Positions 38,956-50,446 are shown, counted from the stretch's first letter. The stretch is DNA of 64,000 bases from a bacterium (GCA_963674695.2 CAXXGI010000001.1:672001-736000), one strand, 5' to 3'. Numbers and translations are program-made. The notes: a model not told the origin generated them from the letters alone.

Positions 38956-41586
38956 TTAAAAATCACTGCTGAAAGCCAGGTCTATGATTATCGGTATCCG
39001 TAGATACTCTATGTTTGTTTCTGGATCGCGCAAAACCAGGGAATACTCATGCTTGTTGTCGTATTGCCCTGCCTTTACTCTTAAACTAGCTATTTTCTTA
39101 CGCTCATCCATCGAAGGGGACTTACTGTCGAAGGTAAGGGCAACTTCGTTGCTAATGAGATCGTTTCCATTACGCAAAGAAACCATGAGCGTCCTGGGGA
39201 GGATGCGTTCTGTTATGGCTTCGGTTTGGATGAACTCAAAACGCTGCAAGCTGTTTACGATCTTTCGGATATTCCCCAAAATTGAGACATCCACTCTTTT
39301 CACAGATGACCTCTCAATTGCCTGGCCATGAAGCTCCTTGACTGTGATAACGGGAACGATAATTTCCTGGGGCATTGCTCCACCGTGAACAAATTTTGCA
39401 CCACCTGCAAAGTGAAAGCGGCTTGCGCCCTTTGGAATCCAGAACTCCATGTCATCCTTGGTTCCAGCTGTTATGTGGGTCATTCCCTTCCAGATATTAC
39501 GATCTTCGCCAAGCCCGCGCCCTATCAAATAGCGTTTATTTCCGTGTATGGCATTCGCTGGCTTCTCACCCAAAGTACTTCGATCTTGCTCGGTCAGATC
39601 ACCCTCCCTGAAGAGAAAACCATGATCTGCCGTAATGAAGACCTGGCTTCCATTTAAGTTGTTGATTATGTGACTCACCAAGTCTGAAAGCTCGTTTATG
39701 GACTCACGAACAGCATTAAATGTGTGCGCCTCAGTAGCAGCCTTATCTCCCGTTGCATCAATTTGATCCTGAAATACGTAGATGATACGCCACGGTTTCG
39801 CAAAACTTCTCCCCTTGTCACGACTCATCTTTCTCAACTCACCCGAATGAATTGCTACACCCTGATATTTCTCAAGGATTTTTGATCTCTGCTCAATGGA
39901 TGAGGTGGGCAAACCGTCCAGCAATACACTTGCGCTAGAGTCTTCCTTATAGGAAATGACCTCATGGGGCATCAGGGCTGCCTTCCCCAGAGCAGTGTAG
40001 CTCGGAAGAACGCCCAGCATGCTCGCCAAATCCGCCTTAAATCTCTTCTTTCCGTTTATCTCGGCTGCAAGTTCTTGGGCGACTTCAAACCGAAAGGCAT
40101 CGCTTACAATCACATAAACTGTGCCATTGGGCGTATCCTTCAAAACTTTGTCGATATGTTTTACAAAGAAATCCTGTTGATTCGTGATGTCTGCCAGGCT
40201 CCAGTGATCCAACAACCCCTCGCCGTCCTTTGGTTGGAAGAACCTTCCCCAGGAAATTGCCAATTGATCAACGTACCATTTGCTATAGCAGGCCTCTACG
40301 GAGCATTTCAGTTCCTTCAAAATGTCCCAACCTCTGTTTTCGGTCTTCGTAGCACGTTCATGGTAGAGGCGATAGAGCTGGTCGAATCTAAATAGTTTTT
40401 GAACATAGGCATCATACATTGCCTTCGCATTAGGATAGCTAAATCCCTCATCATGCAGCTTTCTCAATTCGTGCAAATCCGCTGCAGATTCCAAAGCCTT
40501 GTATGTTGCCAGATAGTCATTTCCGCTTTTTTCTTTATTAAGACCAAAGTAGGGACTTGCCCAATAACCGTCACATCGTTTGCTGATCACCTCTTTGATA
40601 TGCGAAGGATTTAATAATTCCCCCTCCAAGAGATTATCGCGCAGACACCTGGCAATGCGCTTCTCCACTGCTTCAAACGTCATCACATCGACTAAATCAT
40701 CTTCACTCATATCGCCGATGTGATCATCTATTCTTAATTCACGCCCGATATGATCGGATATAATGTCATAATATTGGCTCAATCTGGCATTTCCACGCCA
40801 CTGGGAAAGAAACACGGCTGCATTTGTGCTGAGCGAGCTGTTCGGTAACTGAAGATGATCCAGAGATTGTGGATACGGACACTTCAGATGTGAAACAAAA
40901 TCAGTAACCATGATTCTCAGTAACAAATCAGAAAGATTTTTCTCATCATGGTGATAGCCGAAGAAAGCGCGCATCAATTCCCAAAAATAATCATTGAGCC
41001 CATATTTCTCAATCGAATCCCATAGTTTTTGAGGTGTGCGTAAGTCACAACGTCCGTCGCTACAATAGGCACTGAATAATCTCATCAAAACCTGAAAAAC
41101 CTCGGGCTGCTCAGACTTAACGACAACAGCAAGCATCTTGAGATCAACCGCGTCCTCATTATCATCCGCCCTTACCCACTCCTTCAACTTGTTCAATCGG
41201 TTTTTATTATTCAGAAAGGATTGACGCTTAATGAGATGATCGCGCATTAAATGACTGGTTAGGCCCAAATCATCAAGGAGTATTGATGCGCGATCCGCAT
41301 AGAACGTACGGCTATACAAACGAATATCGACCAACCAATCATCTTTGAGATCAGGTACTGGAAAGGGAGCATATACGAGGTATTTATTCTGTTTATCCTC
41401 AAGTTCCAACTTGGCTTTCACTTCAAGGGCACTCATTTCATCAAGTCGAATGAAACTGACACCCTCTATATCGAGAGAGCCTACATCCTCGTCAAATTCC
41501 TTATCCGCATCATACCAGAACACGATGCGGTGTTTTTCCTCAGAGTAGAGGCGACCCAGTGCGTCCGTTATCTTGGGAGCGATCAT
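38956..41586 (-). CDS. pglZ: BREX PglZ alkaline-phosphatase-fold protein
   Basis: RIVFWYD, IVSDAFRFE, LPSYTALG, ITADHGF, FVHGG. Confidence 0.95.
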   Translation of the reverse strand: MIAPKITDALGRLYSEEKHRIVFWYDADKEFDEDVGSLDIEGVSFIRLDEMSALEVKAKLELEDKQNKYLVYAPFPVPDLKDDWLVDIRLYSRTFYADRASILLDDLGLTSHLMRDHLIKRQSFLNNKNRLNKLKEWVRADDNEDAVDLKMLAVVVKSEQPEVFQVLMRLFSAYCSDGRCDLRTPQKLWDSIEKYGLNDYFWELMRAFFGYHHDEKNLSDLLLRIMVTDFVSHLKCPYPQSLDHLQLPNSSLSTNAAVFLSQWRGNARLSQYYDIISDHIGRELRIDDHIGDMSEDDLVDVMTFEAVEKRIARCLRDNLLEGELLNPSHIKEVISKRCDGYWASPYFGLNKEKSGNDYLATYKALESAADLHELRKLHDEGFSYPNAKAMYDAYVQKLFRFDQLYRLYHERATKTENRGWDILKELKCSVEACYSKWYVDQLAISWGRFFQPKDGEGLLDHWSLADITNQQDFFVKHIDKVLKDTPNGTVYVIVSDAFRFEVAQELAAEINGKKRFKADLASMLGVLPSYTALGKAALMPHEVISYKEDSSASVLLDGLPTSSIEQRSKILEKYQGVAIHSGELRKMSRDKGRSFAKPWRIIYVFQDQIDATGDKAATEAHTFNAVRESINELSDLVSHIINNLNGSQVFITADHGFLFREGDLTEQDRSTLGEKPANAIHGNKRYLIGRGLGEDRNIWKGMTHITAGTKDDMEFWIPKGASRFHFAGGAKFVHGGAMPQEIIVPVITVKELHGQAIERSSVKRVDVSILGNIRKIVNSLQRFEFIQTEAITERILPRTLMVSLRNGNDLISNEVALTFDSKSPSMDERKKIASLRVKAGQYDNKHEYSLVLRDPETNIEYLRIPIIIDLAFSSDF

Positions 41587-44500
41587 TCTTTACCACCTGT
41601 GACTTTCTTCACCCCTGCAAGGAGATTGCCGAATTTTCCATAGTTTACTTTAACGCCATCATCGAGATCCAGCTTGATGCGCTTATCTGCTAAATGGCGC
41701 AGTTCATCATCGAACACAGCAAGTTCCGTGCGTTTCTTCTTTAACGTATCGAGCTGCTTCTGAATCTTATTCTCGGCAGATGTCGAAGTGGCCTTTCCCT
41801 TTTCGCTAATGAGATAATCAACCCGTGCAGTTAGCTTTCCCTGAAGGGGTGTTACATATTCATTTCTCATTCTTGAAAGTGTAGATTCGTTATATCTATG
41901 GAGATAGACAAGACACTCAAAGGCTCCGTATTTGCCGCCTGAAAAAAGCCAATATATCGGTCTCTTCTTGTATGTCTGAAGATGGTCCTTGAAGAAAGAG
42001 TTGCTCAAATAGCGACGTATCGTATCCCTTGGTGATTCTCCGTGTTTTGCAGAGAGGTTCTCGGCAATGAACTTGAGATTCTCCTCAAGATGCTCCTCAG
42101 GCCAAGCAACCTTTATGAAATCTACAAATCGATTGGTTGCATCATCCGGAAACCAATCCATATCCATGACGGGGATAATGCCATCATCATCTGCTGGGAA
42201 TATCCTATATTTTGAGAGATCGAAGCCCTCGTTACCGCTGTGGGCGTAGATGAGGCCCGGCGCGTCCAGGCTGTAGCGGCCCATCATGCAGCCGATGGCG
42301 TAGGAGACCAGCTCTTCCATGGTGTCCTGGCGGAAGCGGGACCACTGCGCATCGATGGTGAGCTTGCCGCCGTAGCGGTAGGCGGGATTCACGGTGAGGG
42401 TGATCTGCTCAGGTGGCACGTCGGGCGTGAGCTCGTCCACCAGGCCGTAGGCGTCGATGAAGAGGCGGTTGTTCTCCTCTTCGAGGCGCTTCATCTCGGC
42501 GATGGTGTCCTTGTTCTGGGTGATCCAGGCGGTGTAGCTAGACTCGAGGGTGGGGGTGGGCTCGGAGGACGCCGTCAGGAGGGGGAGGGATTGAAAGTCC
42601 CAACTAAGCTCCCTCTCGTTATAGTCCTCTCTTGTCAGGTTTATAAGGTCCCGGGCCACCTTCGACACCTGCTCTACATTCTCGGGTCTCGCCAAGGGTA
42701 TCCCTTTGACGGTCCCACACTTGTAGCTCACTGTAGGCATCAATAATTCAGCGACGTGTGTAAAAGGCCGAGAGTTCAAAGCCGAGAGAGCGAGCTCCAA
42801 TTTGTCGCCAACGCACACCGGACCTTTGCCGTCAAACAAGAAGCCTTCAGGGTAGTATTTGACCCCAAAACCCTTCGTTCCCACGTCCGACCAAGTCCCG
42901 CCTTCTTTGAAATACAGAGATTGACTTGGCCGCACATGGCCTTTGAGGCTGCCCATTTCCGTTCTTGCCGTCTCGTCGAAAGCAATGACGAACTCATAGT
43001 TTCCATACCACCTGAGGCACCCCCCCCCTTTGTTGTACGGAATCCATTTCACGCGGAGCGAGTCAATTTCATCTATCCTACGGATTGCCGTCGAGAAGCG
43101 ATTTCGGCCTATCTCCCACCAGCTTCTGACAAACTTCTCATTGTTTGCAGTATGGATACCTTCTCGAAATTGGTAATGCGAGCCAATCGGGTCGTTACCC
43201 TCAAAGAGCCTCGCTAGCAAGTCGCCTTTCCAGTAGACGAGGGGGCTCCCAGGGACTCGCGAAAATTCTATCTGTTTGAACACGAACCTGTTCTTGTCAT
43301 TCAGGAACTGGAATTCCTTCTGTTGTGAGTCCCAGCCTGTAAGGCGAACGTAGGTTCCTTTCCCGGACGAAATCGAACAGCGCCTTAAAGAGAACATCAC
43401 CGTTGACACGATTTCGCCCGGGATCGACTCAAAGGCCCGAGGCCCTAGCTGAGCAAGACTCTGGATGAGAGTTGTCTCGACTATCGCTTCTCTCAACTCT
43501 TGGTACGAAGTCGTAAACATCCAGCTTTGCATTGTGATGATTGACATGCGCGCGCCAGGGGCGCACAGATCCAGCATCCTCTCAATGAAGACGGCGTATA
43601 GGTCCGTTCGCGTCACCTTATAACGGGGCGCCAATCCAGTCTTGAGAGTTGAGTTGAAATTGCCTGAGCCCATGTAAGGCGGATTCGCCACCACCGCGTC
43701 GTACTGCACTGCCAGCAACTCAGCCTGCTGCACCAGCGGCTCCAAGCGCTTTAGCGCCTCCGACACAAAGAGGTCCTGGCTGGTCGCCTCGCTGAGCTGC
43801 TTCAGCGCCGGCAACTTCTTGGCCAGTTCCTCCGGCACCTGAATCAACGACCCAAAGGTCGTGGCGTGCTCAAACAGCCGCTTCAGCTCCGTGAGGTCCC
43901 CCGGAAGCAAATCGTAGTCCGAAAGCTCTACCCCCTTCGCCAGCCCCTCAGCATCGAATCCCGCGCTATCCACCATCGCCATCACATTGAGCTTCACCCC
44001 CCGCTCGAACAGCCGCCGGTCATCCGCCCGCCCCTTCATCATCAGCGCAAAGCCCGTCAGCTGCGCCGCGCGCTCGTCGATGTCGAGGCCGAAGAGGTTC
44101 TTCTCGAGGATCAGCTGCGGAACGTCTCGTTGCCGATAGCCGCGCTCCAGGTAGATGGCCTTGAAGAGCTCATAGGCCTCCACCAGGATGTGCCCGGAGC
44201 CACTGGCCGGGTCGATCAGAGTCAGCTCCTCGGGGTTGAGCTGGCTGGGCGTGATGCTTGCTAGCTGCGCGTTGACATCAATGGTCTGCTCGGCGGGCTC
44301 GATGTAATACTCCATCTGCCCTTTGAGCTTTGAATCGGGATAGGTCGCCAGCCACTGCGCCCCCAGCGAGTTCTGGACCATGTACTTCACGATCCAGTTG
44401 GGCGTGAAGAGCTGGGTCGCCGCCGGGATGTCTTCGGACTTCACCACCTTGCCGATGACCTCGTCCTTCTTCTCCGAGATGTAGAACTGGTAGAGCCAGC

Positions 44501-45122
44501 CGATGATCTCGATGTCCTGCCAGAGCTCTTCAGGAACGGCGGTGACGAGCTCTTTAATTAACGAGTCGGTTTTGGTGAGGTTATCTGGCAGGAGTAATTC
44601 AGTTTCATCGTCGAGTGGTTCAAACAGAAAAGGCATGGCTTGATGCAAAGCATGACACTGTGCGAGCAGTAATTCACGGTAGAGCGCTTCGTCCTGGGTG
44701 CCGTCGAGTTTGAGTTCGATGACCTTCTCGCGGTCGAGACCCGGCAGCTCGACATCAGCCGCATGATCAAGAATCTCAGGATGCGGCTGTCCTTCGGGGT
44801 GACTCAGCACACGGTAGCCGTGGTCGAGGTAGCCGTGAAGTTCCATATAACGAATCGCGGCGAACCGGTTGAACCAGGTGTAGGCGATGGCTTCCATAGT
44901 GGTTTCGAAGCCGTGGGACTGGATGCGATCGACGAGCGACTTGCGAGCAGGGGCGATGGACACGGGGAAAGCCTGGCCACCCACAAGTAGAACATCTCCC
45001 TGCAGCTCTGCGGGCGCATTGCCCTGTGCGGTAATGCCGAACTTGGCTGCCTGCGCACTCACCGCAGCGATGAACGCCTTGCGCGCTTTGGGGGCGTAGC
45101 TGCTGAGCTTGGATGTGTTCAT
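41583..45122 (-). CDS. pglX: BREX adenine methyltransferase
   Basis: YTWFNRF, IPAATQLFTP, DPASGSGH, NPPY, KKRPIYW, LDDGVKVNYGKFG. Confidence 0.95.
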   Translation of the reverse strand: MNTSKLSSYAPKARKAFIAAVSAQAAKFGITAQGNAPAELQGDVLLVGGQAFPVSIAPARKSLVDRIQSHGFETTMEAIAYTWFNRFAAIRYMELHGYLDHGYRVLSHPEGQPHPEILDHAADVELPGLDREKVIELKLDGTQDEALYRELLLAQCHALHQAMPFLFEPLDDETELLLPDNLTKTDSLIKELVTAVPEELWQDIEIIGWLYQFYISEKKDEVIGKVVKSEDIPAATQLFTPNWIVKYMVQNSLGAQWLATYPDSKLKGQMEYYIEPAEQTIDVNAQLASITPSQLNPEELTLIDPASGSGHILVEAYELFKAIYLERGYRQRDVPQLILEKNLFGLDIDERAAQLTGFALMMKGRADDRRLFERGVKLNVMAMVDSAGFDAEGLAKGVELSDYDLLPGDLTELKRLFEHATTFGSLIQVPEELAKKLPALKQLSEATSQDLFVSEALKRLEPLVQQAELLAVQYDAVVANPPYMGSGNFNSTLKTGLAPRYKVTRTDLYAVFIERMLDLCAPGARMSIITMQSWMFTTSYQELREAIVETTLIQSLAQLGPRAFESIPGEIVSTVMFSLRRCSISSGKGTYVRLTGWDSQQKEFQFLNDKNRFVFKQIEFSRVPGSPLVYWKGDLLARLFEGNDPIGSHYQFREGIHTANNEKFVRSWWEIGRNRFSTAIRRIDEIDSLRVKWIPYNKGGGCLRWYGNYEFVIAFDETARTEMGSLKGHVRPSQSLYFKEGGTWSDVGTKGFGVKYYPEGFLFDGKGPVCVGDKLELALSALNSRPFTHVAELLMPTVSYKCGTVKGIPLARPENVEQVSKVARDLINLTREDYNERELSWDFQSLPLLTASSEPTPTLESSYTAWITQNKDTIAEMKRLEEENNRLFIDAYGLVDELTPDVPPEQITLTVNPAYRYGGKLTIDAQWSRFRQDTMEELVSYAIGCMMGRYSLDAPGLIYAHSGNEGFDLSKYRIFPADDDGIIPVMDMDWFPDDATNRFVDFIKVAWPEEHLEENLKFIAENLSAKHGESPRDTIRRYLSNSFFKDHLQTYKKRPIYWLFSGGKYGAFECLVYLHRYNESTLSRMRNEYVTPLQGKLTARVDYLISEKGKATSTSAENKIQKQLDTLKKKRTELAVFDDELRHLADKRIKLDLDDGVKVNYGKFGNLLAGVKKVTGGKE

Positions 45123-45220
45123 GCTCCCTCTGGATTATCAGTAACCACCAATATAAATTCACGCCCCGCTTCAGGTGCATAAGCTTTTAATCTAGAATTG
45201 TTAACAACCGATCCTTTCTT

Positions 45221-48200
45221 CTACTGTATCCTCACACGCCCTTTCTTTACGGCAGATATGAGATTGTCACGAAGGACGTTTAAATAGGCATCCACATCTG
45301 CCTCTGTCTCTAAATAGCTTTTCGTAACCAGTGAGGAGGGGCTGACTAAGGTAACTGGTTTGGTTGGTTCCTTTCCATCACCCTTCCTCACTTCTTCTTC
45401 TTCGATCCCTGAGAGAGAGTTTTCGAATTGCTCTCTTGCCTGAGCTTCACAATAGAAAACCCCAGGAATATTTTTGCCCTGCTCAATTTGCTTCTTTATA
45501 TCCTGCAATGGTTTGAGCGATTGATTTCGTAAATCATCCGGTGCCTTGCATTCATCCAGTCTCTCGGAAATCCTGGAGATGTAACCTTCCAATACCGCCA
45601 AAGAATTATCCTGAGCACTTTTGACAAGAGCATTATTAATAGTTGTAGCTCCCGCTATTAACTCATCGACCTCTTTTAGCATTCCGTATGGCTTGGCTGA
45701 GGCGAGGATCTCATCCATTCTTGCAAGGGCTTTGCTTGCTTCTGGATCCTTTGCAAGCTCCTGCCTGTTCGGCCTGAAAGAACCATCCATCGCAGTCCTT
45801 AATCGCTCCCACGTAGACTTTTGATTGGCATAAAAGTCGTTCAATTCATGAATGTTTTCGGATAAGCTCGCCAATACTTCTTTATCTTCGGTAAAGGTCT
45901 TAAAAAATTCATAGCTATCACTTATTGAAAGCGCCTTCCCCAGAACATTTAATCCCTCATCTATTTCCTCTTTACCTGGATAATTTTCAGTATCCGCCAA
46001 CGGCTTATACTCCTTGAGCTTGTCGCTCCAGCCAGTGAGTCTGTCATGGATGAAGGCATAAAGGGCATCTTCTGAATCAGGCCCGATCTTGCTAAATATC
46101 TTCTGACACGCATTACTCGCGACTTTCAACTCCTCTGCTCCAACCGCTTTTCGCTTCAGAATCGTCACAAGCTTCCATTTTGCCGATTTGGTAAGCGGCT
46201 CCACTGCCTGTTTAGGTTCTAGGACACCTCCGTCCATTGCCAGAACGATTTCACCAGCTACAAAGAGACGGGCAATGAGAAGCACTGTTTCCCACTCCGG
46301 CCATCCGAATGGGCGACCTTTGAAGCGATCTACAAGTTCATTCAGTGCAATCCTGTGATTCCTGGATGCGCTGAGGTCAATGAATTGTTTTACCTCTCTC
46401 AAAGCTTGCGCATTCCCTTCAGCCCCCTCAAGCTTGATGACATACTGCCCAATATCATTTGTCATGAGGACTGAACGAATCTCCCGCTGAGGTTCTTCCT
46501 GCAAGGCGTTTAGATAATTCAGTTTCGTGTATATATTTTCAACCATGTATTTAGAAATATCGTAAAGCACGGTACGCGCATTCGACGAAGTCAATGGAAG
46601 GGTTTGACCAAGCGCATAATAATCCGCCTCGGTCAAAAGAGTACCAAGCATTTCGACTAGCCTCTCACGCCGCGCTCCATTCTCGCCAGCCATCTTCCTG
46701 AGTATTTCTTTAAGGCTGTCGGGTGCTGAAGCGTCACTCTTAAGTCGTATGTATTTTTCGACCTGAAGATATGTACGTAGTTCGCCGCCCAATTCTTTTT
46801 TATCAGGTAATTTTATGAGCGCCTTGCCGCTATCTTCGGTACTGTGCATTATACATTGTGAGTTATCATGATTTGAGAAATCATCATTGAGAGGAGTTAT
46901 GACCTCAATGGTCAAATCCTGATCCACCCTGCCGTGAGGATGTCCATCACACAGGCGGTTCAGGCTGTAGTCACTTCGATTTACAGGATAGCGATATTTA
47001 TTCTCATTCTTGAGTACATCGTCATATATGATGGTCGAAAGCAACCTGGCCTCATCACTTGCTGCGACATCAACGTTCTTAATTTCGCGACCAACATCCC
47101 GTTCCTCATTTGTTAAAAAGAAGTAGAGATCACCATTTCTACTGATAAGAGTTTCCTTCTCCAGCCTGACAAGGCTTTCTTGAATCTCTCGTTTGATCTC
47201 AAGTCTATCAGCATCCACGCCATCAATGAAGAGCGTTACGAGGTTATCAATATTAGATTTTATGATGTCTACGTACCTTATGAGAAATAGAGTCCTCAAT
47301 AGTTGCACATCAAAGTGATTCAGACTTCTGTTGTCCTTTGCCTGATCGACCGTCTTTTTCACGGTAGTATCGAGAAAACTTTCTATGGAAGGATAAAATT
47401 CATAAAGAGGAACTAGAGCACCGACCTCCTCTTCAGAAACGCTCTTTGCGGCAGCTTGAAACGCGTCCAGCATGGATCGTTCACCGCGGCTCAAATGGAG
47501 GCCCGTGGCACCTGCTTTCCGGATTGATTCAAATATCTTCTGGACGAGCTGAAACTGGTAAGGTGCAAATGGGTAATTAATAATAAAGTCATTCTTTTCA
47601 CGGTATCTTTCCAACGTAGCCCCACCTGTGAAGCTTAGTTGGTGCTTTATGATCTCCCCCTTCTTCTCAAAAAGCGTATCAAGTTCCTTTGAGGCGTCAT
47701 CTGTTTTCGAGAGCAATCTCCGTTGGATAACCTCATCCGTATTTGAGCTCGAGAGAGAGAGCCGTGTATTAAAGCGGCCTTGAATTTTTGAGAAATCGTT
47801 TGCTTGAGCACCCCTCACTTCCCCCAAAACCCTGTCGATGTCCTCCTGTGAAGTCACCACAACCCACGCTCTTCCCGTGCACATCATTCCCAAATCCTCT
47901 GTAATTGTCTGGAGATTCAACATGAGATGTGTATTTTGGCCTATAAATTGCCCCATCTCATCGACCAGGAAAATGATTCGATGATTTGGCCCTTTAGAGG
48001 CTAGATATTCATTAACCTGACTCGCGAACTTTTCTATGTTTAGAACGTGGCTTTTCTCTGCTTTCTCAAACCACTCTGCAGCACTCTCTTGGCTTTTGTC
48101 GAGAGCCTGTGACAATGCCTTTACGACTTCGTCCTTCATCAGGAGATAGGCATCACGTCCTTGCAACCAATCCTCGCCAGAGCTATCCTTAAATGCCTTA

Positions 48201-48775
48201 TGAAAGCGCTCCAGTACACCTTTAGAGAGTAAATACCGCTCCATCTCGGCAATATGTGGAGCTTCGCCACAGAAACCCTGCATTTCATTAAAAACCCGTA
48301 AAAAGACACGAAGGATGGCATCTCGCCCCTCCTTTTGATCGGCTTTGCTGTCGATATTAAAGAGAATAACGTCTGTGTCTGATGCCACCCCTCTCTTGAT
48401 GTCGCCGAGCAACATTGGATCTTCATCCAACTTCGTTTCAAAGAAGCTTATTGCTTTACGACCCTCATTTGTATCGGGATGTATCGTCGTTCGGTTCGCC
48501 AGGAGATAAGAAAGAAGCTTAATGAAGTGCGATTTTCCAGAACCAAAAAAACCGGAAACCCATACCCCCATTTGAGATGTAATGGCAGGATCCTTGGGAT
48601 TATCCATTGCCGCTAAGTAGGCATCGAAGAATCCGCGGAAATGGTTGGCTAACTCTCTCGTTACAACATATTCATCCAACTCCTGCCATACAATGGAATC
48701 ATCCTGTTGATCCGCCTTGACGACTCCGTTGATCGACCTGAATATGTTTTTGGAAAATATCTCTTTAATCCTCAT
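45221..48775 (-). CDS. brxC: BREX P-loop ATPase
   Basis: INGVVKA, EYVVT, SGFFGSGKSH, LVDE, VTSQE, FSKIQGRF. Confidence 0.95.
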   Translation of the reverse strand: MRIKEIFSKNIFRSINGVVKADQQDDSIVWQELDEYVVTRELANHFRGFFDAYLAAMDNPKDPAITSQMGVWVSGFFGSGKSHFIKLLSYLLANRTTIHPDTNEGRKAISFFETKLDEDPMLLGDIKRGVASDTDVILFNIDSKADQKEGRDAILRVFLRVFNEMQGFCGEAPHIAEMERYLLSKGVLERFHKAFKDSSGEDWLQGRDAYLLMKDEVVKALSQALDKSQESAAEWFEKAEKSHVLNIEKFASQVNEYLASKGPNHRIIFLVDEMGQFIGQNTHLMLNLQTITEDLGMMCTGRAWVVVTSQEDIDRVLGEVRGAQANDFSKIQGRFNTRLSLSSSNTDEVIQRRLLSKTDDASKELDTLFEKKGEIIKHQLSFTGGATLERYREKNDFIINYPFAPYQFQLVQKIFESIRKAGATGLHLSRGERSMLDAFQAAAKSVSEEEVGALVPLYEFYPSIESFLDTTVKKTVDQAKDNRSLNHFDVQLLRTLFLIRYVDIIKSNIDNLVTLFIDGVDADRLEIKREIQESLVRLEKETLISRNGDLYFFLTNEERDVGREIKNVDVAASDEARLLSTIIYDDVLKNENKYRYPVNRSDYSLNRLCDGHPHGRVDQDLTIEVITPLNDDFSNHDNSQCIMHSTEDSGKALIKLPDKKELGGELRTYLQVEKYIRLKSDASAPDSLKEILRKMAGENGARRERLVEMLGTLLTEADYYALGQTLPLTSSNARTVLYDISKYMVENIYTKLNYLNALQEEPQREIRSVLMTNDIGQYVIKLEGAEGNAQALREVKQFIDLSASRNHRIALNELVDRFKGRPFGWPEWETVLLIARLFVAGEIVLAMDGGVLEPKQAVEPLTKSAKWKLVTILKRKAVGAEELKVASNACQKIFSKIGPDSEDALYAFIHDRLTGWSDKLKEYKPLADTENYPGKEEIDEGLNVLGKALSISDSYEFFKTFTEDKEVLASLSENIHELNDFYANQKSTWERLRTAMDGSFRPNRQELAKDPEASKALARMDEILASAKPYGMLKEVDELIAGATTINNALVKSAQDNSLAVLEGYISRISERLDECKAPDDLRNQSLKPLQDIKKQIEQGKNIPGVFYCEAQAREQFENSLSGIEEEEVRKGDGKEPTKPVTLVSPSSLVTKSYLETEADVDAYLNVLRDNLISAVKKGRVRIQ

Positions 48776-48793
48776 ATAACATCTCCCTGGGAA

Positions 48794-49369
48794 TCATGTG
48801 ACGAGCCTAAAAGCACGATAGTAGTTATCATCTTTCAGTCGACCAAAAAGCCTTAGGCTTTGGCCGTCATATATTCCCGGATAAAACATAACGAGTGGAG
48901 TTCTTGACATCAAAGAATGCAGGTTATTCAAAAGCGTGTGTGATCTCAAAAGCGGCCATGCATTTCCTACTCCTGAGACGATAACAATATCGCTATTGTC
49001 GGGATCAGCCACTTCAACGAACACCTTCGCGAGCTTTCCCTCGCTTAATGGACCTACGAGGGCAGCACGAAGCGCTTCGTCTCCTTTTTCCTTTTGAAGC
49101 TTCAGAGATTTCTCCAGCAGATTCCTTTTTTCCAGATGACCGATTATGAGCTTGAAGAGATTTATGTGAATCACTTTAAGGTCGGGCCTTTTCATTGTGA
49201 AGTATGCAAGGATGACATCCATATATTCTCGAATCGCCAATTCCTCTTCCGGGGGATAATCGAATACATAAAAACCTATTTCATTACCCAGCCCCGAGTT
49301 ATCCAGAAACTCTTGAGATTCAAGGCGAGGAATTACTTCATTTAACCTTTGCTTCAATTCTTCATTCAT
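48794..49369 (-). CDS. brxB: BREX protein B (DUF1788)
   Basis: GLGNEIGFYVFDY, WPLLRSH, FYPG.YDG, NYYRAF. Confidence 0.95.
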   Translation of the reverse strand: MNEELKQRLNEVIPRLESQEFLDNSGLGNEIGFYVFDYPPEEELAIREYMDVILAYFTMKRPDLKVIHINLFKLIIGHLEKRNLLEKSLKLQKEKGDEALRAALVGPLSEGKLAKVFVEVADPDNSDIVIVSGVGNAWPLLRSHTLLNNLHSLMSRTPLVMFYPGIYDGQSLRLFGRLKDDNYYRAFRLVT

Positions 49370-49965
49370 TGCCCGATCTCCATACAGCGAAGCACGTACT
49401 TCTCATTGTTATCAATAAGGTAACGACACATCTCAGGGGCGACTCTATGAGGCAGCAAATTCATTCTTCTTGTGCTGTCGATATATTTTGCCTCCGCCAA
49501 AATTCTAAAAACAACCTGCCTGAGTTTTCTCTTGGTCGTTTCTGACAGATCGCCAAGCGAGCTGTCGCGATGTTCACACTCTTCAAAATAATCAGTCCAG
49601 TCGCGTGCGGATAATTGTTTGTTGAATGTGCGCCAGTGATCTCGGACGACGTCTCTCATAAAATCACCGAGCAAATGACTGTGTTTTATTGAAGCAGCCA
49701 GCAATGCCTGTGTTGCGATCTCGGCTGAGCCGCTGGCTACAAGCTTCCAAAAATCGGGCGTCATCAATTCCAGACGATTGCGGATGAGTCTCGCCATTCG
49801 CTTCGCACTGGGTGGGGATTTCTTTTGGAGAACATTATCTACTATCACAGCCTTGTGCCAGCCCTGCTCATCCATTCCCTTGATCAGCAATTTGGCGATC
49901 CTCTGGCTTTCCCGCATCAAAAGTGAACCAGCTGATATTTCTGCATTGTACCGTGATTTTTTCAT
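49366..49965 (-). CDS. brxA: BREX protein A (DUF1819)
   Basis: GSLLMRES, NVLQK, KLRQVVFRILAEA; first gene of the operon. Confidence 0.93.
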   Translation of the reverse strand: MKKSRYNAEISAGSLLMRESQRIAKLLIKGMDEQGWHKAVIVDNVLQKKSPPSAKRMARLIRNRLELMTPDFWKLVASGSAEIATQALLAASIKHSHLLGDFMRDVVRDHWRTFNKQLSARDWTDYFEECEHRDSSLGDLSETTKRKLRQVVFRILAEAKYIDSTRRMNLLPHRVAPEMCRYLIDNNEKYVLRCMEIGQ

Positions 49966-50446
49966 GTTCTTTTTACAATTCCTAATCGGTCACCGTTGAT
50001 TCGTCCAACGGATAAGCTATCCATCACCTCGCCACCAAATGCACCCTAAACACCCGTAAAGCGTAGCGCGCATCTCGGGAGGCGTAAAACGGGAACTGAT
50101 CAAGGGTAAATCATTTTCCTGTTCTGCTTTTTGAACAGAGCTCCCCGAACTATGAATAGGGTTCACGTCCGGGCCTTCATGAAATTGAAATATATGCATA
50201 TTATTTCATGCATTATGATAATAGACATTCTCTTAACATGCTGTATTTACAGGATATTATTAATTTCTCTCCTTTTATTCATTGATGCTTAATAAATGCG
50301 TCAGCGGAAAATCGCACTCGGTGTCAGTAATATCAAGCACTTATTGTGCGTGAGAAGAAGGGGGGACATGGGATCTTCTCCGCCACAAAACCGCCGGACA
50401 TGGCCATTTTAAGCGGGGATGACACCGGTCTGAAATCCGTTTTATT

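Noticed and set aside
28812-50255. AACAT(G/A)YTG motif near fic, abiF and brxA
   Set aside because: Short, AT-rich, with inconsistent orientation and distance; could be chance
50270-50340. Seventh motif copy upstream of brxA
   Set aside because: TGACG and TGACA are present but half-site spacing and the -10 do not fit, so BREX cannot be placed in the regulon
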